64,000 nt of DNA from Cyanobium sp. (GCA_044360135.1 JBIKKX010000006.1:10028-74027); one strand, 5' to 3'; positions 46,855 to 57,249 are shown, counted from the stretch's first letter. Numbers and translations are program-made. Notes: generated by a model not told the origin, from the sequence alone.

Positions 46855-47367
46855 TCAGGTCCGGCCCTGGGGCTGCAGGCTGCTGCTGGAGAGCAGCGGG
46901 AAGGGTTGGCCGGCGCTCTGGCCGAGGGCACGGCGGGCGGTTTCCTCAAAACCTCGCTGCACCCGGTCGACCTCCTGCTGGGGGATGGCGTGCCAGAGCT
47001 CCGGTGTGGCCCAGCGGATCAGCAGCACCCCCTCCTGCCGTTCCCCATCCCAGAGCAGCTCACGGCCGAGGAAGCCGGCCTGGGCCCTGAGCCAGGGGTC
47101 CCAGCACTCCCGCTCCGCCGTCAGCCAGGCCTGGCGAGCCTGGGCGGGAACCCGCAGCCGCAGCATCTCGACCACGGTGGTTGACGGATCCGGATCCATA
47201 GCCGCCGGAGTGGTCGGTGCCTCCCCAGGCGGGGGGACGGACCGGGCCAGCGGCTCCAGCGGTGCCGGCAGCGCCCCGGCGGCGGGCGGGTGGAACACCA
47301 TCAGAGTTGCGACGAGCAGCCCTGCCAGGATGGCTGCGATTGCCGGGCGGCGGCGGCTGTCGTTCAT
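46855..47367 (-). CDS. hypothetical secreted protein (possible ABM/Dabb-like domain)
   Basis: N-terminal anchor [15 protein letters not shown], then [29 protein letters not shown]. The family assignment is not secure. Confidence 0.5.
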   Translation of the reverse strand: MNDSRRRPAIAAILAGLLVATLMVFHPPAAGALPAPLEPLARSVPPPGEAPTTPAAMDPDPSTTVVEMLRLRVPAQARQAWLTAERECWDPWLRAQAGFLGRELLWDGERQEGVLLIRWATPELWHAIPQQEVDRVQRGFEETARRALGQSAGQPFPLLSSSSLQPQGRT

Positions 47368-47852
47368 GGCCGCTGCAGCAGGGCCACCGCATGGCAGGCG
47401 ATCCCTTCCTCGCGGCCGGTGGGGCCCAGTCCCTCGTTGGTGGTGGCCTTCACACCCACCCGTTCCTCCTCGACCCCGAGACGCGCCGCGATCGCCGCTC
47501 GCATCGCCGCAATGTGGGGCCGAAGTTTCGGCCGTTCCGCCACCACCACCGCATCCACGTTGACCACTGTCCAGCCCCGCTGCTGCACCAGCTCCACCAC
47601 CCTTTCCAGCAGGGCAAGACTGTCGGCCCCCTTCCAGCGGGGATCATCGGGCGGGAAATAGCGGCCGATGTCGCCCAGGCTCAGGGCCCCCAGCAGGGCA
47701 TCCATCAGGGCATGCACCAGCACGTCGGCGTCGCTGTGACCATCAAGGCCCAGGCCCCCAGGGTGCTCCAGGCGCTGCCCCCCCAGGATCAGCGCCCGAC
47801 CGGGCACCAGCCGGTGGATGTCGTAGCCATTGCCGATCCGCAGCTGGGGCAT
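47364..47852 (-). CDS. ispF: 2-C-methyl-D-erythritol 2,4-cyclodiphosphate synthase
   Basis: [30 protein letters not shown] and KATTNEGLG. The start is set at MPQLRIG (ATG 47852). Confidence 0.9.
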   Translation of the reverse strand: MPQLRIGNGYDIHRLVPGRALILGGQRLEHPGGLGLDGHSDADVLVHALMDALLGALSLGDIGRYFPPDDPRWKGADSLALLERVVELVQQRGWTVVNVDAVVVAERPKLRPHIAAMRAAIAARLGVEEERVGVKATTNEGLGPTGREEGIACHAVALLQRP

Positions 47853-48011
47853 GGCTATCGGCCCAGGCTGGGCGGTGGCGGCAGGCGATGGGGCGGCGGA
47901 CTCCCCGGGGCCGGCGGTGGGCTCTGGCATCGGCTGGATCCGGATCGGGGTTGGGCGCAATCAAGTCTCCCAGGCCGGATTCCGGGCGGCTCGGCGGCTT
48001 CGGTTCGCTGC

Positions 48012-48764
48012 TCAGGGAGCGTCGTCGTCGTCGTTGGCGCCGGCGGGGGGCGGCGGGCCCTCCAGCTCAGGCGGGCCGCCGCTGCGCAGCCAGCGTTCGT
48101 AGAGATCGGGACGCCGTTCCCGGGTGCGGCGGCGTTGCTGCTCCAGGCGCCAGCGGGCGATGGCGCCGTGGTCGCCGCTGCGCAGCACTTCCGGCACCAC
48201 CCCACCTCGGAATTCAGCCGGACGGGTGTACTGGGGATGTTCGAGCAGCAGGGCGCTGTGGGATTCCTCCTCCAGGGAGGCGGCGCTGCCCACGGTGCCC
48301 GGCAGCAGGCGCACCACCCCATTGATCACGATCGCCGCTGGCAGTTCGCCGCCGGTGAGCACGAAGTCGCCGATCGACACCTCCTCATCGGCCAGGCTGC
48401 GGATCCGTTCATCGAAGCCCTCGTAGTGGCCGCAGAGCAGCACCAGCTGGGCACAGCTTGTGGCCCAGCGGCGCAGATCCCCCTGCTGCAGGGGGCGGCC
48501 CTGGGGGGTCATCAACAGCACCCGGCGGGGGTCCAGCCGCGGGATCGCCTCGACGGCGGCAAACACCGGCTCCGGCTTGAGGACCATGCCCGCCCCACCT
48601 CCGTAGGGCTGGTCATCGACCTTGCGGTAGCGGCCCTCCGCATGGTCGCGGGGGTTGTGCAGGTGCAGGTCCGCCAGGCCGGCGGCAAAGGCCCGCCCAA
48701 TCACCCCCAGGTTCAGCAACGGGGTGAAGGCCTCCGGGAAGAGGCTCACCACATCGAGCCGCAT
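48012..48764 (-). CDS. trmD: tRNA (guanine37-N1)-methyltransferase
   Basis: MRLDVVSLFPEAF, VDDQPYGGGAGMVLKPEP, CGHYEGFDERI and VLTGGELPA. It has an acidic, proline-rich C-terminal tail. Confidence 0.92.
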   Translation of the reverse strand: MRLDVVSLFPEAFTPLLNLGVIGRAFAAGLADLHLHNPRDHAEGRYRKVDDQPYGGGAGMVLKPEPVFAAVEAIPRLDPRRVLLMTPQGRPLQQGDLRRWATSCAQLVLLCGHYEGFDERIRSLADEEVSIGDFVLTGGELPAAIVINGVVRLLPGTVGSAASLEEESHSALLLEHPQYTRPAEFRGGVVPEVLRSGDHGAIARWRLEQQRRRTRERRPDLYERWLRSGGPPELEGPPPPAGANDDDDAP

Positions 48765-48767
48765 CGC

Positions 48768-49334
48768 TCAACCGCCCGCGGCCGCGCTGGTGGCGCGACT
48801 CACCCGCCGGATCTCGGAGGAGAAGCTGGCCCGGGCGGGTCGGCCGTCATGGCGCTGCTCGATGCTGCTGCGCAGGCGCAGGTTGGGCTTGGTGAACCAG
48901 ATGCGCTCCCGAACCACCGCCTCGGCATCGGTCCGGGTCAGCTCCAGGCTGCCGTCCGGCCAGAACCGCCAGGTGCCGCTGCTCTCCGGCTGCCCCGGAG
49001 CTACGCAGCTGAGAAACTCGCCGGCCGCCTGGAAGCGCAGGCGTCGCTGCGCCGTCGCACCATCGCCGCCGGCAGGAGGGGTCACCTCCAGCCCCCCCGG
49101 ATCCCCCTCCTGCTCCGGGGCCAGGTAAGCGACCGCCAGCTCGCCGCGTCGAGACGCATGCCACAACGCGTCGCTGCCGTCCTGCTCCGGCGGATCGGCC
49201 GCTGCAGCGTCGTCGCTGCCGAGCGCGAAGCTGCTGCGCACACTGAGCCACTCGCCCGCGCAGAACTCCAGAAAGCTGCGGAGATCCTGGGGGGGGAAGT
49301 CGCTCACGGTGGGCAGGGAACGGGCCGGTTCCAT
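48768..49334 (-). CDS. phycobiliprotein (bilin) lyase, CpcS/CpeS family
   Basis: FLEFCAGEWLSVRSSF and ERIWFTKPNLRLRSS...SFSSEIRR match the CpcS/CpeS lipocalin-like lyase signatures as I recall them. Confidence 0.7.
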   Translation of the reverse strand: MEPARSLPTVSDFPPQDLRSFLEFCAGEWLSVRSSFALGSDDAAAADPPEQDGSDALWHASRRGELAVAYLAPEQEGDPGGLEVTPPAGGDGATAQRRLRFQAAGEFLSCVAPGQPESSGTWRFWPDGSLELTRTDAEAVVRERIWFTKPNLRLRSSIEQRHDGRPARASFSSEIRRVSRATSAAAGG

Positions 49335-49357
49335 CTTCTCAGCCTCCCCCGCCCTGC

Positions 49358-50302
49358 TCAGGCGCCGTCGTAGCCCAGCTCCGCCAGCCGAGCCGGGTGT
49401 CGCCGCCAGTGGGGCACCACCTTGACGAATAGTTCGAGGTAGACCGGCCCGTCGAACACCTTCTGCATCTGCAGTCGCGCTTCCCGCCCGATCTCCCGCA
49501 GCATGGCGCCACCCTTGCCGATCAGGATCGCCTTCTGGCTGCTCCGCTCCACCACCACCGTGGCCAGCACGGCCGTGCGCGGTCCATCCTCCACGATCCG
49601 CTCCACTCGCACCGCCACCGCGTGGGGGACCTCCTCCCGGGTCTGGTGCAGCACCTGCTCGCGGATCAGCTCCGCCAGCAGCAGCTGCTCCGGCTGATCG
49701 CTGACCGTGTCGGCGGGATAGAGGGCGGGGCCGGCTGGCAGGGCGGCGATGAGGCTGGCCAGCAGAGCGGAGCTGCCGGAGCCGTCGAGGGCGCAGATCG
49801 GATGCAGGGGCCAGTCGAGGGCGGGCTCCCCCTCGCCAGCGGCGATCAAGGCCCGATAGCTGTCCAGCAGGTCCTCGGCCTGGCCGGCTTCGATCCGGTC
49901 CTGCTTGTTGAGGGCGATCCGCACCGGCACCCGCACCTGGCGCAGCAGCTGCACGATGAAGGCATCGCCCCGGCCGGCCGGCTGGCTGCCGTCGACCAGC
50001 AGCAGCACCACATCCACATCACCGATGGCGCTGCGAGCGCTCTGCACCAGCCGCTGGCCGAGCAGGTGGTGGGGCTTGTGGATGCCCGGTGTGTCCAGCA
50101 GCACAAGCTGGGCCTCGGGGGTGGTGAGAACAGCCCGCAGCCGGTGGCGGGTGGTCTGGGCCACGGGGGAGGTGATCGCCACCTTCTGCCCCACCAGCTG
50201 GTTCACCAGGGTGCTCTTGCCCACGTTCGGCCGACCGATCAGGGCGACGAAACCCGATCGGAAGCCCGTGGGTTCTGAGCAAGGCAGCGGCGGAATCTCC
50301 AT
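49358..50302 (-). CDS. era: GTPase Era
   Basis: G1 GRPNVGKSTL, G3 DTPG, G4 NKQD and a KH domain (ILIGKGGAMLREIG). The start is set at MEIPPLP (ATG 50302); the track ORF extends to 50671. Confidence 0.92.
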   Translation of the reverse strand: MEIPPLPCSEPTGFRSGFVALIGRPNVGKSTLVNQLVGQKVAITSPVAQTTRHRLRAVLTTPEAQLVLLDTPGIHKPHHLLGQRLVQSARSAIGDVDVVLLLVDGSQPAGRGDAFIVQLLRQVRVPVRIALNKQDRIEAGQAEDLLDSYRALIAAGEGEPALDWPLHPICALDGSGSSALLASLIAALPAGPALYPADTVSDQPEQLLLAELIREQVLHQTREEVPHAVAVRVERIVEDGPRTAVLATVVVERSSQKAILIGKGGAMLREIGREARLQMQKVFDGPVYLELFVKVVPHWRRHPARLAELGYDGA

Positions 50303-50393
50303 TCCCCAAGCCTGACAGCCCCGGGGCGCCACCGCCCGACGGCGGTTGCTCCCTCCATAGGCTTGGACTTGTTCAGCCGGCTTTCGTCGCCCC

Positions 50394-50924
50394 ATGACCG
50401 CCGATCCGACCCCGAGCCAACCCAGCTTTCCGCAGGCCATGGAGATCGCCGCCCAGTGGCTTGGCCTCTGGGAGGCCGCCGAGCTGAGCGATGAGGTGCT
50501 CGCCGATCGCGTCGCTGCCCTGGTGTCCAGCCGTGATGGTGCCCGCGGCTTCTTTGTGGTGGCCCTCGCTGGTGACAGCCCCGTTCTGGATCGTCTACCG
50601 GAGCCCCTGGTCGGCCAGCTCAGGGATGCCGGAGAGGGGGTGGTCGATCTCACCGCCCGCAATTTGGCCATGGCTACGGCGATGGCGGTTCACCACCGGC
50701 GCCACGGCGATGGCGAGCAGGCGGGTCGCTCCGATCGGGTGCGGGAGCGCAGCACTGAATTGCTGCGCCGCCTTGAACCGGCCCTGGTGAAGCAGCGCCT
50801 CGAGATCTTATTGCTCGCCGCCCGGGACGGCCTGGGTTCCGATCAGGAGTTCCTGGCGCGCTGGGGCTACGACGACGAACAGCGGCGAGCGATCGCTGGT
50901 TCTGTGTTGGCCGTGGCCGAATGA
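50394..50924 (+). CDS. conserved hypothetical protein
   Basis: 176-aa ORF with ordinary globular composition and no motif I recognise. Confidence 0.6.
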   Translation: MTADPTPSQPSFPQAMEIAAQWLGLWEAAELSDEVLADRVAALVSSRDGARGFFVVALAGDSPVLDRLPEPLVGQLRDAGEGVVDLTARNLAMATAMAVHHRRHGDGEQAGRSDRVRERSTELLRRLEPALVKQRLEILLLAARDGLGSDQEFLARWGYDDEQRRAIAGSVLAVAE

Positions 50925-50973
50925 TCCGGACTCCTCCCATTCCGGGAGGTGGATCCCAGGGTTGGACCAGGTT

Positions 50974-51339
50974 TCAGGGGCTCGGCTGCTGGCCGGGTTG
51001 GCGCCAGAGGGGAAGATCGCCCTGCCTCTGGTTGGAGGTGTTCCAGGTCGGAGCAGGTCCAACCGCTGCCGGGTTCTGGATCCAGGCCGGGGTGGTGGCG
51101 GGTGTTGCCGTCGAGGGAACCGACCGCCAGAGGGGGACTTGGCTGGCCGCCGGTATCGGCGCGGTTCGGCCCCTAGGCGTGGTGGTGGTCGTCGAGGCTG
51201 GGGCCTGGGGGAAGGGGGCAGCCCGTTCGGTTGCACCTCCGGGGGGCTGGGCGGCGGCAGGCGGCTGAGCAGCGCCAGGCAGGGCGCTCAGGGTGGCGGT
51301 GAGCGCCACCAGGGCCACAGGCAGACAAGGATGGTGCAC
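50974..51339 (-). CDS. possible small secreted Pro/Thr-rich protein (weak call)
   Basis: A GTG at 51339 lies 5 nt after the upstream gene's stop. It is followed by the signal-like segment HHPCLPVALVALTATLSALPGAAQ. Confidence 0.3.
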   Translation of the reverse strand: MHHPCLPVALVALTATLSALPGAAQPPAAAQPPGGATERAAPFPQAPASTTTTTPRGRTAPIPAASQVPLWRSVPSTATPATTPAWIQNPAAVGPAPTWNTSNQRQGDLPLWRQPGQQPSP

Positions 51340-51344
51340 GGCCC

Positions 51345-52481
51345 TCAGGGACTCGGGAGCGCTGCAGGCGCAGCAGCGGCATCGGGGGCCGGCGCGGCTA
51401 CGGCGGCTGGTTCGGGGGCTGGCGCCGGCGCTGGAGCAGGTGATGGGGCCGGACGCTCGTTGGCCACCATGGCCGCAGGGGCCGGAGTGGGAATGGGCGC
51501 AGACGCTTCGCTTGCCTGGGGAGGCTGGGCGGGTTGGGCCTGGGGGAGAGAAGCGCGGTTGGCTGCGATTGGGGCGGGGGCAGCGGACGTACGGGGAGGA
51601 ACCAGCGTGTCGGGGGCGGCTGGAATCGGCTCGAGATTGACCAGGGCCGCTCGCAGGCCGTTGCCACCGCCGGGGGTCTGCTTGCGCGACCAATGGCGGA
51701 TCTCTTCGACGACGGCTGGATCGTCAGCACGGCTGAGGATGTCGACACTGCCGTCTCCCTGGATCGCCAGGGGAACGGTGGTCGACTGACGAACGCGGTT
51801 GGAGGGGATGTGGATCACCCGCGCGGACTGAATCCGGGAGGTGCCGCCCTGGGTCGCCGGCAGGGCCTGCAGGGCCTGGCGCATCGGTTCTCGCCAGACC
51901 GCTGGCAGCGGAGCCAGGGGGTCGGAACTGCTGGCCCATCGCGCCCGTTCGGCCAGGGCAAGGGAAGGAGCGGCCGGTTGCTGTAGATCAGCCAGGGTGA
52001 TGGCGCCCCCCAGAAGCTCGGAGCGCCGGAACCCCGAGGAGAGCAGGGTTGAGGGGGATGGCCGTGGGGAACCAAGGCCCAGAGGTTGGATTCCTTCGGA
52101 AGAGCTCAGACCCTTCTGGGCCGCATCGATGTGCTCGGTGGCTGGTTCGGCGAGCCTGGTGGCCAGGCTGCGGGTGCCGCTTTCCTGGCGGTCGATGCTG
52201 CCGGAGGTCATGGGAGCTGACGGTCCCAGCATCAGACCGGTGCGGCTTGAGCCAGGCGATGGGGTGGCTGCCTGGGTTGCGGTGTTCGCCGTGGACAGCG
52301 GTGTTGCCGGTGGGCGCACATTGGCGGCGACGGCAGCGATGTCGCGGGCCTCGTTCACATTGGCCTGCCAGCGGTCGTGCAGGTCGATCGCCAGGAGCGG
52401 AAGCCAGATCGTCTGGCTGAGCAGCGCCCAGGCGATGGGGCTGGAAGGGCCGAAGCGGCCACGTGAATCAGATTGGGCCAT
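51345..52481 (-). CDS. hypothetical membrane-anchored Pro/Ala-rich protein downstream of the polysaccharide exporter
   Basis: N-terminal TM helix IAWALLSQTIWLPLLAI and a PAPAPAPAPEP-type tail. It shares its strand with the Wza-like gene and lies close to it. Confidence 0.55.
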   Translation of the reverse strand: MAQSDSRGRFGPSSPIAWALLSQTIWLPLLAIDLHDRWQANVNEARDIAAVAANVRPPATPLSTANTATQAATPSPGSSRTGLMLGPSAPMTSGSIDRQESGTRSLATRLAEPATEHIDAAQKGLSSSEGIQPLGLGSPRPSPSTLLSSGFRRSELLGGAITLADLQQPAAPSLALAERARWASSSDPLAPLPAVWREPMRQALQALPATQGGTSRIQSARVIHIPSNRVRQSTTVPLAIQGDGSVDILSRADDPAVVEEIRHWSRKQTPGGGNGLRAALVNLEPIPAAPDTLVPPRTSAAPAPIAANRASLPQAQPAQPPQASEASAPIPTPAPAAMVANERPAPSPAPAPAPAPEPAAVAAPAPDAAAAPAALPSP

Positions 52482-52528
52482 GGCGGTGATGCACCAACGA
52501 AGGATAATACGAAAGAGGGCGAATGTCG

Positions 52529-53758
52529 TCAGTTGTTGTTGTTATTCCAGCGATAGAAATACCAAGTGTTGTAGATGTTGAGCAAGCCGGTGGCCGCGTT
52601 GATCGGTACGGCGAGGTCTTGGAGGGCGTCGATGGTTTGTCCAAATGCAGATTTATTGACAATGATCGTGTCTCCATTTCGCAGGGGTGGATTGGAGGCC
52701 TTAGAGATGTTGTTGAACTGCTTATACTGGTAGATCGTTCTTGACACCTTGCCATCGCGTCCGAAGCGGACCAGCTCGATTTTGTTGGTCTGGGCTCGCC
52801 ATTTGATGGGACCTCCCGCTTTGAAGATGGCCTCCACCATTGGTGTGTTGGGTGTCAGCTGCAGCGTTCCGGGGGATTTGACCTCGCCGATCACATTAAC
52901 GTTGATCGCAGCGGGCGACAGATTGGAAATACCAACCTCAAGAATCTCCTCAGGGACGAAATCGGTTGTTTTGCTGACCACCAAGGTGTCGCCATCAAAC
53001 AGAATCGGGTTCTGGAGCTGGTTGCCGTGCAATAGCACTTGGCTCAAGTCAAGGGTGGTTTCCTTCAGCGATCCATCCGGTCCCGCCAGACGCCTCAGGA
53101 CCACGCGGCGGATGTCGGAGTTGAGCGTGACTCCCCCAGCCTGCTGAATGGCCGAGACAGGGGTGGAAAACGATGGCAGGGGATAGAGGCCAGGTTTTTC
53201 AACCTCACCAATGATCGAAACCTTGGACGGCCTGGGACCGACGAGGGTGAGATAGAGCTGGGGCCTTACCAGCTGGCGGCTGTAGAGGGAGGTCAACCAA
53301 CGGGTCGCCTGGCCGATGGTGAGTCCGCTGAGCTGAACGGACCCGAGCAGCGGAAGGCTGGCGGTGCCGTCGGGGAGAATACCGAAGCCGCCACCGACTT
53401 CTTTGGCGGCGGGATCGAGAAAGTTGAGCTGGAGAGTATCTCCAGGCCCGAGCACATACAGGTCGCTGTAGACCTCCGTCAGACTCAGTCGCTCACCATT
53501 GCGGCCAGCCGCCGGATTTGTTGGCACCGGACCCCTGGTTGCAGGGCTCGTCGCCATCCCTGGCTTTGAGGCTGGGCCAGCCAACCCTGCGGATCCCGCG
53601 GGGCTCGGCAGCACCGGCATCACCGTGAGCAAGGTCAACGAAAGCATTGCAGCTCTTGAGGCTGGCGAGCTGCATCGGGGCAGGGCTGGGCACCAGCGGG
53701 TTGCAGGACGGGTCATGGAGGCTGCCAACGGCTGGTCTGGACTGAACCGGCGCATCAC
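52529..53758 (-). CDS. polysaccharide export protein (Wza/GumB-like, Poly_export plus SLBB domains)
   Basis: LGPGDTLQLNFLD...ILPDGTASLPLLGSVQLSGLTIGQA fits the Poly_export domain. IIGEVEKPGLYPL and VIGEVKSPGTLQL fit SLBB repeats. Confidence 0.85.
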   Translation of the reverse strand: MMRRFSPDQPLAASMTRPATRWCPALPRCSSPASRAAMLSLTLLTVMPVLPSPAGSAGLAGPASKPGMATSPATRGPVPTNPAAGRNGERLSLTEVYSDLYVLGPGDTLQLNFLDPAAKEVGGGFGILPDGTASLPLLGSVQLSGLTIGQATRWLTSLYSRQLVRPQLYLTLVGPRPSKVSIIGEVEKPGLYPLPSFSTPVSAIQQAGGVTLNSDIRRVVLRRLAGPDGSLKETTLDLSQVLLHGNQLQNPILFDGDTLVVSKTTDFVPEEILEVGISNLSPAAINVNVIGEVKSPGTLQLTPNTPMVEAIFKAGGPIKWRAQTNKIELVRFGRDGKVSRTIYQYKQFNNISKASNPPLRNGDTIIVNKSAFGQTIDALQDLAVPINAATGLLNIYNTWYFYRWNNNNN

Positions 53759-54030
53759 CTTACCCGCAGAAGCTCGGTTCTGATCTCTGGATTCTGGAGC
53801 CGGCGCCGCAGGAGCGAGGGACGGCAGGGCGGAACGGTTCCGCCTTGGTCACGGTGTCCATCGGGCTGCGGCGCCATCGCTGCATGTTTGAGGCGGATGG
53901 GACCGCAGCCGGCATGGCTGCTCCGATCAGGGCAGGAGGCTCTCTTCTGGCTGGCCACCGACAACCGAGAAACCGGGAAGACCGGCCTAGGATCACGTAT
54001 CGCCTTGGCCGACAAGGCCGGAGATCGAAC

Positions 54031-56643
54031 GTGACCACCACGGGTGCACCAACCCAATCGCCCTATGGCAGCAATCCTTCGGGCGCCGACTCTGGCCTGG
54101 TTCAGGCCAACGGTCAGCGGCCTTCCACGGTCGATTCGCTGCAGGGTCTTAACTCCCCGCTCGCTTCCGCTGACACCGGTTCAGACGGTGGTGTCAAGGG
54201 CCTGATCCGCACACTGAAGCGGCGGCAAGGGATCTTTTTCTTCACCTTCGCTCTGGTGACAGGGGCGATGGCGGCTAACACCCTGCGCCAGCGGATCTTT
54301 AGTCCTGTCTACGAGGGTGGCTTCCAAATCCAGATCTCCAACCCCTTCGAGCAGGCAGCGGCAACACTGGGCGCCGAGACCAAGCTGGAAACGGTGGCGC
54401 GAGCCGCTCCAAAACCTGATGTTCCGAGCTTGATCGTGTTGATGCGCAGCCCCCTGCTGGTCAAGCCGGTTGCCGACCGCATGGGGGTTTCGATGAAAGA
54501 AGTTGTCGACAACCTTGGCGTCAATCCCGTCGGCGATGTTGATCAGGTTTTATACGTAACACTGCGCTGGCGCGATCCTGCCAAGGGTCGTCAGATCCTT
54601 AATGAACTCTCGAAAGAATACACCAAATTTTCCCAAACTCAGCGCCAGGCAGCGCTTGATTCCGGGGTTGAGTTCTTGAATCAGCAAGCTCCTGATATCA
54701 ATAACCGTGTTGTCAAATACGAAGCTGAACTGAAAGCTTTCCGCGAGAAATATAATATGTTGGATCCGTCTTCTCTTGCTGCTTCAATCATCGCCAAACG
54801 GGATAGTCTCGTGGCTCAGGTGATGGATTTGCAGATCCAGCAGAGCGACCTCTACAGCAAGCTCAAGTCTGCTGAATCCGGCCGTCTGCAGTGGAATCCA
54901 AGTGGATCTCCAACGGTGGTCGAGCAGATGGGTCGCACAGGTACCATTATTCCCGGTAAACTTCAGGGTAACGTTCAGGGCAACGTACCAGGATCAGGTC
55001 AACAGGTTCCTTCCAGCGAGCTCTTTGAGTTCGAGCGTCAGCTTGCCAATGCCAAGGCTGTTTATCGCGACGACTCTCCGATCGTTCAGTCGATCAAGGC
55101 ACAGCGCGATCAGCTGTTGCCTCTGGTGCGCAAGCAATCAACCGATCTGCTGCGGGCTGAGCTTCTGGCTAATGAATCCCAACAGGATGAGCTGAACCGC
55201 CAGATCCTGTTGCTGAACGAGAATTTCCGTAATAGCCCAACGATGATGCGGCGCTACGAGGAATTACAGCAAAAGTTGACCACGGCTCGTTCCAACTACA
55301 ACGCCTACACCACAGCCCGTGATAACTATCGCCTCCAGCGCGCCCGCGCCACATCGCCATGGCAGGTGATCGCTCCCGCCGAGTTTGCCGATATTCCGGT
55401 TGAGCCAAACCTCCAAAGTAACTTGATGCGGGCTTTGATGCTCGGTCTAATGGCTGGTGTCGGTGCTGCCATTCTGCGGGAGCGAACCGATAATGTCTTC
55501 CACACACCGATGGAGACCGAGCGGGATCTGCAGCTTCCCGTGTTGGGTCTGATCCCCTATCTTCCGCTTGAGCCCGGGGTGGAGATCTCCACCAGCATCA
55601 GCAAAATGAGTGCAAGCGAGCGTTTCGCGATTAAAGAGTCGTTGCGGAGCTTGTTCACCACATTTCGTTTGTTGCGGGCCGATCGTGATATTCGCTTGGT
55701 CGGGGTTACCTCATCCACCCAGGGTGAAGGTAAATCCACGGCTGTCACCATCTTCGCCCGCACCTTGGCCGACCTTGGTTTGAGGGTGTTGGTTGTGGAC
55801 GCTGACCTTCGCCTGCCGATGCAGACCCGGTACCTCGGATTGGCTCAGGGCGATGGCTTCTCCTCCGTGTTGACCGACAACACTCGCGACTTGCGTTCCT
55901 TAATTCAACCAATTCAGGACAATCTGGATGTGCTGCCGGCCGGTCCAAGGCCACCGGATCCCGCCAAACTCCTCAACTCTGCCAGGGCACAGGAGGTTGT
56001 TAACGACATCAGGGATCTTGATGAATATGACATCGTCCTTTTTGATGCTCCACCTTGCTTGATGCTTGCCGACCCGATTCTTCTGGGTGAAAAGCTTGAT
56101 GGCATTCTTTTCTTGGTTGGCCTCGGCAAGGTCAGCCGTGAACTGGCGCCCCAAGCGTGCAGACGCATCAAAGCAACCGGTGTGGACGTGCTCGGTTTGA
56201 TTTGTAATCAGGTCAACTTCCCGAGCCGTCTTAATGATTACGGCTATGAATATGGCTATTATTACCATTATGCCTATGCCACGGCCAGTACCCCCAGCCG
56301 CAATCCAACCACCTACGGAAAATCACTTGGGCGTTATGCACAAGGTTTTGGAAACTATATGAAGCGCTACCGTGACTCTTACCTCACTGATCGATATATG
56401 CGCGACGGTAGTAGTGCTGCCGTTCAGCGCTACCACGAGCAAGGTGTCTCCCAGGAGCTGCGTGACAGCTCGGCCAAGGCTTCTTCCAGCTCCAACGGTA
56501 GCAATGGCGCATCCTCCGATTCTGAGGCCAGGCGTCCACTCACATCGCGACAGCCCAAGCCGGATCAGCCCAGTGATGCGGAAGAGGATGCTGGCGGCGG
56601 GCCGATGGGCTGGCTGAAAAAGCGTTTCCCCTTCAATCGCTGA
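54031..56643 (+). CDS. polysaccharide co-polymerase / tyrosine autokinase (Wzc/GumC-like)
   Basis: A Wzz-like periplasmic coiled-coil region is followed by a P-loop kinase with Walker A VTSSTQGEGKSTAV, Walker A' VLVVDADLR and Walker B IVLFDAPP. The C-terminal Tyr cluster is NDYGYEYGYYYHYAY. The start is uncertain: the track TTG at 53845 or the in-frame GTG at 54031. Confidence 0.85.
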   Translation: MTTTGAPTQSPYGSNPSGADSGLVQANGQRPSTVDSLQGLNSPLASADTGSDGGVKGLIRTLKRRQGIFFFTFALVTGAMAANTLRQRIFSPVYEGGFQIQISNPFEQAAATLGAETKLETVARAAPKPDVPSLIVLMRSPLLVKPVADRMGVSMKEVVDNLGVNPVGDVDQVLYVTLRWRDPAKGRQILNELSKEYTKFSQTQRQAALDSGVEFLNQQAPDINNRVVKYEAELKAFREKYNMLDPSSLAASIIAKRDSLVAQVMDLQIQQSDLYSKLKSAESGRLQWNPSGSPTVVEQMGRTGTIIPGKLQGNVQGNVPGSGQQVPSSELFEFERQLANAKAVYRDDSPIVQSIKAQRDQLLPLVRKQSTDLLRAELLANESQQDELNRQILLLNENFRNSPTMMRRYEELQQKLTTARSNYNAYTTARDNYRLQRARATSPWQVIAPAEFADIPVEPNLQSNLMRALMLGLMAGVGAAILRERTDNVFHTPMETERDLQLPVLGLIPYLPLEPGVEISTSISKMSASERFAIKESLRSLFTTFRLLRADRDIRLVGVTSSTQGEGKSTAVTIFARTLADLGLRVLVVDADLRLPMQTRYLGLAQGDGFSSVLTDNTRDLRSLIQPIQDNLDVLPAGPRPPDPAKLLNSARAQEVVNDIRDLDEYDIVLFDAPPCLMLADPILLGEKLDGILFLVGLGKVSRELAPQACRRIKATGVDVLGLICNQVNFPSRLNDYGYEYGYYYHYAYATASTPSRNPTTYGKSLGRYAQGFGNYMKRYRDSYLTDRYMRDGSSAAVQRYHEQGVSQELRDSSAKASSSSNGSNGASSDSEARRPLTSRQPKPDQPSDAEEDAGGGPMGWLKKRFPFNR

Positions 56644-56686
56644 AGCCGAAATCTCGGCTGTGAAGCCTAGTCATGAGCAGTAATGT

Positions 56687-56707
56687 CCCTGAGATGTAAT
56701 CTCGGGG
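56687..56707. terminator. hairpin between convergent genes (candidate bidirectional terminator)
   Basis: CCCTGAGAT-GTA-ATCTCGGGG has a 9-bp stem with one G-U pair and is followed by ACTCTTTAT. It lies between the wzc-like stop (56643) and the phosphatase stop (56713). Confidence 0.4.
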
Positions 56708-56712
56708 ACTCT

Positions 56713-57249
56713 TTATGGCTGGGTTTTTGCTTCCTTAAGCACCGCTTCTAGAACATCAAGATCGCTGTAAATCGGCATCGCTCGTGGGTGACAGAGCCGA
56801 ACCGTGTCCAGTGCTTCCAACAGATGAATCTTGCGCTCACGCGCGATCAGGCCTGATGCCACCAGCGGTGAGCGCTCGATTCCTGCCATGCAATGGAGAT
56901 AGGTTGGCGGCTGGGCCGCCAGGATCTCTGCCGAAAGGTCTAAGGCTTCCCTGAGGCGTTCAGGTCTGAGACGTTCCTGACGGCGGTGGTCTGGCAGACT
57001 CACTCTGCCTTGAAGCCAGTGCTTTGGAGGAGGACAGCTCTCTTCCTCGGGATAACAGCAGCTGAAACGGCTGCGAAATCCAGCCTCCTCAAGCTGCTGC
57101 CAATGGCTTTCGTTTCTGGGCATCGGCCCGACCGCCAAACGACCGCTGATCAGCCAGCTGTAGGTGAGTGCAGGAACAACCCCTGGCTGCGGCTTCTGAT
57201 CTCCCCTGGTGGTGCCCTTGGGCTTGCGGAAGCGATCGAGCAAATTCAT
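56713..57249 (-). CDS. protein tyrosine / dual-specificity phosphatase (CX5R type)
   Basis: YLHCMAGIERSPLVA contains the HCxxGxxRS active-site loop. It is convergent with the Wzc-like kinase. Confidence 0.7.
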   Translation of the reverse strand: MNLLDRFRKPKGTTRGDQKPQPGVVPALTYSWLISGRLAVGPMPRNESHWQQLEEAGFRSRFSCCYPEEESCPPPKHWLQGRVSLPDHRRQERLRPERLREALDLSAEILAAQPPTYLHCMAGIERSPLVASGLIARERKIHLLEALDTVRLCHPRAMPIYSDLDVLEAVLKEAKTQP

